Shown here piece by piece: positions 58,011 to 64,000 of a DNA stretch of 64,000 nt (position 1 is the stretch's first letter; each line of letters opens with the position of its first letter). Origin of the DNA: Octopus bimaculoides (Eukaryota). The notes beneath the pieces were generated by a model. The model was not told the DNA's origin. It saw only the letters and a program-made list of their open reading frames with translations, and did no database searches. Where the stretch lies: positions 105,192,651 through 105,256,650 of the forward strand of contig NC_068981.1 in NCBI RefSeq assembly GCF_001194135.2, read 5' to 3'. The position numbers were made by a program, and so were the translations under genes.

Positions 58011-59149
58011 CTATATATATATATATATATATAAAGTCAGTAAATAGTGGGGTTGTGTTAACCGCACGTGGAAAAATAATAGGAAAATGAAAAATAATAA
58101 TAAGGCAGAATGCTAAAATGAAAGCATATTTTAATATAGATTTCTAACCGGCTTTCATTGTATGGCAAATTTTCAAGAAGAGGAAGATTGAAAATGTTTT
58201 TTACAAAAAAGTAAAAAAGGAAAAAAATAATATATAAAAAAAATAATATATAAANNNNNNNNNNNNNNNNNNNNNNNNNNNNNNNNNNNNNNNNNNNNNN
58301 NNNNNNNNNNNNNNNNNNNNNNNNNNNNNNNNNNNNNNNNNNNNNNNNNNNNNNNNNNNNNNNNNNNNNNNNNNNNNNNNNNNNNNNNNNNNNNNNNNNN
58401 NNNNNNNNNNNNNNNNNNNNNNNNNNNNNNNNNNNNNNNNNNNNNNNNNNNNNNNNNNNNNNNNNNNNNNNNNNNNNNNNNNNNNNNNNNNNNNNNNNNN
58501 NNNNNNNNNNNNNNNNNNNNNNNNNNNNNNNNNNNNNNNNNNNNNNNNNNNNNNNNNNNNNNNNNNNNNNNNNNNNNNNNNNNNNNNNNNNNNNNNNNNN
58601 NNNNNNNNNNNNNNNNNNNNNNNNNNNNNNNNNNNNNNNNNNNNNNNNNNNNNNNNNNNNNNNNNNNNNNNNNNNNNNNNNNNNNNNNNNNNNNNNNNNN
58701 NNNNNNNNNNNNNNNNNNNNNNNNNNNNNNNNNNNNNNNNNNNNNNNNNNNNNNNNNNNNNNNNNNNNNNNNNNNNNNNNNNNNNNNNNNNNNNNNNNNN
58801 NNNNNNNNNNNNNNNNNNNNNNNNNNNNNNNNNNNNNNNNNNNNNNNNNNNNNNNNNNNNNNNNNNTATATATATATATACGTATGTATGTATATATATG
58901 TGGTACTTTTTTAATAGATTTTTCATATTACCTTCTATAGAATTTAGTTGTCATGTTCCAGCACAAAATCATATGTTATAGCTGACACTGCAAATGTGTG
59001 GATGGTGCAGATAGTGTTCCTGGTAGTGTGATGAATTTTTAATATTTGAGTCTGTCAAGTTATTCATTTCTTGTTCTTGTTTGGACATTTTTCATGCACA
59101 GTTTTACTTTCATCTCTGCCCCAAAATTTGTATTGAAATTTCAAATCAT

Positions 59150-59930
59150 CTGTTTCTCTGCTTCATTTTATTATTAGTTTCTTGCACTTCTTCAGCCCAA
59201 AGGACATCTTAATGTCTTTGCTAAACTATTTATACAACTGCAACACACAGTTTTAGGCCATCCATGAGAATGAAAGGGTGTCTGAGCCTGATCCTCCCTT
59301 TCCATATAGTATCATAAGTTGATTTTTATTTTTAATTAGTGAACTTTAATTTAACAAGCATAAACTCAAATGAAGAAGAAAAGTGCAATGCAAATACTAT
59401 TCTCTTGAAATATCCTACTAGATATTTCTGAGAGGCTCAGCTTACAACTACAGTTTTGTTAATGAGGGTAAGAACTGTCTGCCATGCCTTGTTATTTTAA
59501 TGACATTCACCATATTATCCTCACCATTGATGTACTTAAACATTTTGATAATACAATCATGCAAGACTGAATCCTAAGCTTTCCTTGTAGCTGATTTAGG
59601 GGCATGACAGGTTCTTTTTCATGCCTTGACATCATCCAGTACTATCTTGAGAACAAGAACCTGGTTAATTGCTCCAAACAACTATTGCATACATCCCTTA
59701 TGCTTTACAGGAATAACATTTTTTAATATATGCTCAGTTATTCTATTGAATAGTATTTTAGAGATTACCAGCTGACAAATGTTGATGCAATTGTTACATG
59801 AATCATCTGCTGGTCTTTTCTTGGGGATCATTCTTGTAATACTTGTAAGGAGCTATTGAAGCACTTAGTCTGGGCTCTTTAAGAAGGTGTTGAAGATGGC
59901 TGTGCAGTACATCAAATGACTACCTTTATA
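59150..59930 (-). mobile_element. R4/Dong-type reverse transcriptase remnant
   Basis: MIPKK...ISKILFNRITEHI..., FILMDGLKL (YMDDLKL-like) and FSKDIKMSFGLKKC. Confidence 0.7.
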
Positions 59931-60499
59931 AATTTCAGATATTATCAATATCAGAACATTTCCAGTTTTTTATGTTAACCTCATATCAAGTATTGCAGTA
60001 CTGGAAGAGATGAGTTTTTTTATGTTTTATTGTTTTGTTTTATTTTTTTTCCAGTTTCTGTTGTTGCTATGAACTCTTCTTGCTAGATATTGTTTTCATT
60101 ATATTTAAGTTTATTTTAAAAAATGAGTTTCCATAGTGTGTCATTGTTTTCTTACAATATTTCAAGGAACTGCATAAATATAAGGATTAGCTGTGTATGA
60201 ATGATTAATTCAACAAAATATATTAACTAATAAGTATTGTATTGATGTCCCTGATAGGTGTAAGGTAGTATTGTTAAATATTATTTGAAATGTACTTTGT
60301 ATTCTATCATTGTCCTCAAAACATTAGCTTATATAGATAGGTAGGTAGGTAGGTAGACAGGCAGGCATAACGAAGGTGGCTATAATCAATATAAAACCAA
60401 AAAGGAAAAATTCAGTTGTCACTAATTGTGACTGACAGTGCAGAGTAGCACCTACATTGTTAGGAATAAGAGCTAAAAAGTCACCCCACAGTGAGTGAG

Positions 60500-60551
60500 A
60501 TCATCATACTAGTCTAGTTTCACTTTGAATTAAAAGCTCATCAGTGATGAC
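60500..60551 (-). ncRNA. Canonical type-I hammerhead ribozyme motif, 52 nt
   Basis: GTCATCA-CTGATGA-GCTTT(TAATTC)AAAGT-GAAA-CTA(GAC)TAGT-A-TGATGAT: stem I 7 bp, stem II 5 bp, stem III 4 bp, full core, GUA site, predicted cleavage between 60507 and 60506. Confidence 0.85.
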
Positions 60552-61269
60552 TACTTCATCGCTGAATAGTTTGGCTAAATCCCAACTGTCAGTATATAGT
60601 ATTTACAATATGAATCGGACTTAGTCCTCAGTAAGGTTTTCAGAGTGTAAGTTCAAATCATTTGACCATTACAAAGTATTTTCTATATTAAGCATCTCTG
60701 TATCTCATCTGTTGACTCTATAAAGTTTATAACCATTCAATGTAGAAGACTGGAGAGAGCTACTGTAGCTGTTCGAAATATTCAAGTTTTATATATTTCA
60801 GAAACTTATGAGATTTAAATTTCCAATGGCTGAGGATTAGCATCATACTTTAGAACTTAAAGTGCCAAGGAATTTGAATCAAACTGTTTTGATCCATACA
60901 TGATCTCAAGGGTGGATGGATGTCCTCTAACTTCTTTTACCATCCAATCACTAGTGGACCCTACACCCCTATGCTCTTTTGATAGCTGTGGCTGTTATGG
61001 GAAGCATTATGTCCAAGCTTGAATTCATACAAAACAAAGTAAATGCATTTTTTTTCTTTTTTTTCATGTTTGAAATTAAGGATTTCTATGCTTCAAAATT
61101 ATATTCTGAGAGAAAGCAATGAAAATTTATGAAGAGGACACATCAATTATTAAGCATATAAAATTTCATCTAAAACTCTACAACAATAACATCTTAAATC
61201 GAATTTGAAAAAATGTTTTCAAAAAATCAAACACTATTTTCCAAACAACCTAATATATGACGTAGAGAG

Positions 61270-61460
61270 CAAGTATTGGTTTCAAATTTTAGCACAAGGC
61301 AAGCAATTTCTGAGAAGGTTCGGTAGGTTGATTACATCAACTCTAGTACTCGACTGGCATTTAATTCATTGGTCCCCTAAGGGATGAAAGGCAAAATCAA
61401 TCTCGGTAGAATTTGAACTCAGAACATAAAGATGGACAAAACACCACTAACAATTTCGCT
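61270..61460 (-). mobile_element. SINE family B
   Basis: GGATGAAAGGCAAAATCAATCTCGGTAGAATTTGAACTCAGAAC. Confidence 0.7.
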
Positions 61461-61574
61461 CTGCAAGTATTGAACAACAAAGTTCTCTGAATTAGTAGCA
61501 AAGGAGGAATAAATCTCACAGTTGCTGTATCTTATATTATGTATTAAAGATCTCTGAAACATAAGAGTAATCAT

Positions 61575-61720
61575 CATCATAATTTAATGTCCATTTTCCA
61601 TTCTGACATGGGTTGGGTAGTTTGACAGGAACTGGCAAGCCAGAAGATTATATCTGGCTCCACTGTCTGTTTTGGAATGTTTATATGGCTGGATTCCCTT
61701 CCTAACACCAACCACCTTAC
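61575..61720 (-). mobile_element. RTE-type 3' tail
   Basis: CATCATCAT..TTTAATGTCCATTTTCCAT...GGGTTGG..GTTTGACAGG. Confidence 0.65.
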
Positions 61721-61884
61721 ATATTAGTATTAAAGTGCTGGTACTGCATAGGGTGCCTTTACATCTTGAACTTTTCTACATCACTGCACTGAAATGAAAT
61801 CATTTCAATTTACTATATTTTTCATCTATGAAGATAGATATTTTGTCTGGTTGAAGGAACCATGTATTTGTTCTTTATATTTAA

Positions 61885-62310
61885 CTAGCTGGCCCCATGC
61901 CATCAAAAATGACGGCTAATTGTAGTATTTTATATATAAATAAGGTACAAAACCAAGTTTTTAGTTTAATAATTCTTTTATTACCAAATTTCTTGTGAAA
62001 AATCTATCTGCAGCTAACATCCCTTGACTGCTTGTTTCCTTTAAAAGAATTTTAAAGTTTTCCTTCCTTCTTGTACGATTTAAGGCTACATAAAGTTGGC
62101 CATGACTAAATACGGGAGCTGGCAAGTAAATACAAACTTTTTTGAAGTGACATTTCCTTTCAATTGCACTCTCCATTACTATAACCAACCTAAACTCATA
62201 TGGCCTAAAGCCACAAAAAGCTGTCCTTGCCTTATAGTTGATGTTGTAAAAACTCCCTATTAAAAATTTATTACATAAATTTCTTAATATAAATAAATTA
62301 GGCACATGTA
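61885..62310 (-). mobile_element. Helitron 3' end with PIF1 helicase C-terminus
   Basis: FKKVCIYLPAPVFSHGQLYVALNR...TRNLVIKELLN*; hairpin GCCGTC-ATTTTT-GATGGC, then CTAG|T. Confidence 0.9.
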
Positions 62311-63332
62311 TGAACTGTTAAATGTGTATTTATAATATACTTCTCAACTGCAGTCATTTTATATTCTTGATACACTCAGGTAATAATTATTTTCTCTAAT
62401 GAGTTTGTATATGTTTGTGTAGATATGTGTAATTGTAATAATTATTTGTAACACAACAGATGGTAATATGGATGGTAATTAAATTAATACACTTCTCAAT
62501 GTCATCTAGTGGTTTTCTTTTGGGATGTGACATTGATCATCGTTTGTAACTGAAAGAATGCTGATTCACACATACAAACGTCCACATACTTCCCTTGTAC
62601 ATGCACACACATAAACTCATAGAGTTGAAACGCTGTTTGGTTTTTCTTTTCAGCATTGAATGTTCACCATCCCACTTCCATTACAAACACACACATACAC
62701 AAACATTCACATACTTCCCTTTTACATACGCACACATATACTTACACTGTTTGATTTTTTTCTTTCTTTCACCGTAGAATTCCCATCATCCCACTACCAA
62801 GTTTGCCATCACCCTTTCCTTTCTCATTCATATGTTGTGACAGAGAAAAACACAAAAGTATTATTATTGTAGATTAAATTTCATTAAACTTTATTATTTT
62901 TCAATTCACTTCAACAGATTTCGTAACAATAGCATGTATTCTTGGAACAGGAATTCTTGGTAAGTAAAAACATTTTTAAACGTTTTTGAACTTCTTCAAA
63001 TTCTGAAAATTTTCTCTTTTTTTCCATTTACTATTGTTATTGTTGTTGCTGCTGCTGTTGTTGTTATTGTTAATAAGGTCATTAATTATATTTTCATAAC
63101 AATTTGATGTGACAATTAATACACCCTTCCTTTGTATTTTATTATCCATATATTTTTTAATTTGTCACCACTACCACCTTATAAAATATTAAACATGCAC
63201 CTACCATTGGAAGTTTTGTTCATTCAAACATGTCAGCATTATCAGCCAATGTTATTTGTCAATGATTGCTTAATTACTTAATTAGGCAGGAAACTCAGAA
63301 TTAATGTATTTTCTATGAGTGTATCACTTTAT

Positions 63333-63374
<42 letters not shown>

Positions 63375-63449
63375 ACATACAATAAGAGAGAGAAAGAGAG
63401 AAGAAATAAGTATTTTTGCATATTTTCTGTGATGTGGAATTGTAATTCT

Positions 63450-64000
63450 ACCATATGCTTTTCATGAAAACAAATGTAATTTTTCTACGCATACCTTATG
63501 GAGTCTTTCTTATAAAGAATGTAACCATAGATTCTAATCTAGACAGAACCTGTTGCACTCCCCTGGTATCTATATATTCTCCTAAAGAAATGCAAAGGGG
63601 CTCTAGCTAGACCACTTCAGGTTCTCTTTCAGAGTTTCCTCACAACAGAGAGACTTCCCGAAAAGTTAAAGGAAGGCATTATATGCCCCATCCATAAAGG
63701 AGGTAGCAGAGCAGATGCTAAGAATTATAGATCTGTCTCTCTAACTTCCTATGTCAGCAAGGTCATGGAGTGCATTGTCAGAAAGATACTGTGTTCCTTG
63801 ACACCATGGCTTTCACTCAGGCAGAAGCTGCCTTACACAGCTTTTGCAATACTATGACTGGGTATTGAAACAATTAATGAATCACTCAAATGTAGATGTG
63901 ATATATCTTGGCTTTGCAAAGGCCTTTGATAAGATTAATCATGGGATGATATTTCACAAATTACGGAGACTCAGCATAAGTGGGAAAATTGGAGAGTGGT
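63450..64000 (+). mobile_element. CR1/L2/Jockey-type LINE RT fragment, runs off the right edge
   Basis: KCKGALARPLQVLFQSFL...GIICPIHKGGSRADAKNYRSVSLTSYVSKVMECIV...DVIYLGFAKAFDKINHG. Confidence 0.88.

Larger units (their letters stand above)
1036..58866. other. Nine assembly gaps (N runs) within this span
   Basis: 1036-1275, 3493-4032, 7856-8187, 16870-16912, 20810-21106, 21731-22139, 23677-23708, 50947-50986, 58255-58866; most abut (AT)n tracts. Confidence 0.98.

Noticed and set aside
58110-58200. Possible decayed PLE/hammerhead end (minus CTTGAAAATTTGCC...GAAAGCCGGTTAG)
   Set aside because: Core box and stem II are not intact; too degenerate to support.
905-58926. Long ORF-track entries containing X runs
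   Set aside because: They are open only because they cross N gaps and (AT)n tracts.

Overview
AT-rich eukaryotic draft-assembly window with nine N gaps. The SINE/RTE repertoire and microsatellite load point to a cephalopod, most likely Octopus; this is an inference. The only recognisable host gene is the 5' part of a CEP162 orthologue on the minus strand. It has eight phase-checked exons between 2713 and 29156 plus a candidate ATG exon at 31542-31586, and one phase 0->1 link is still missing. Two orphan minus-strand exons (35458-35552, 42614-42727) suggest a second, unidentified gene. The rest is mostly transposon debris: mariner, maT-like, Tc1, pogo/Tigger, hAT, Helitron, RTE, Penelope-like, Tx1, R4/Dong and CR1-like elements, two solo LTRs and three tRNA-SINE families. 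The main unexpected signal is a set of type-I hammerhead ribozyme (HHR) motifs from four unrelated sequence families. They are (1) a near-perfect standalone 52-nt HHR at 60500-60551, (2) two copies of a long-stem-II HHR with a compensatory base pair at 45742-45830 and 48484-48572, the first inside a ~690-bp retrozyme-like unit, (3) a tRNA-headed SINE ending in a Penelope-type minimal HHR and arranged as a ~455-bp palindrome at 28592-29046, and (4) another HHR-bearing palindrome at 25010-25317. All folds were made by eye; no activity or database check was possible.
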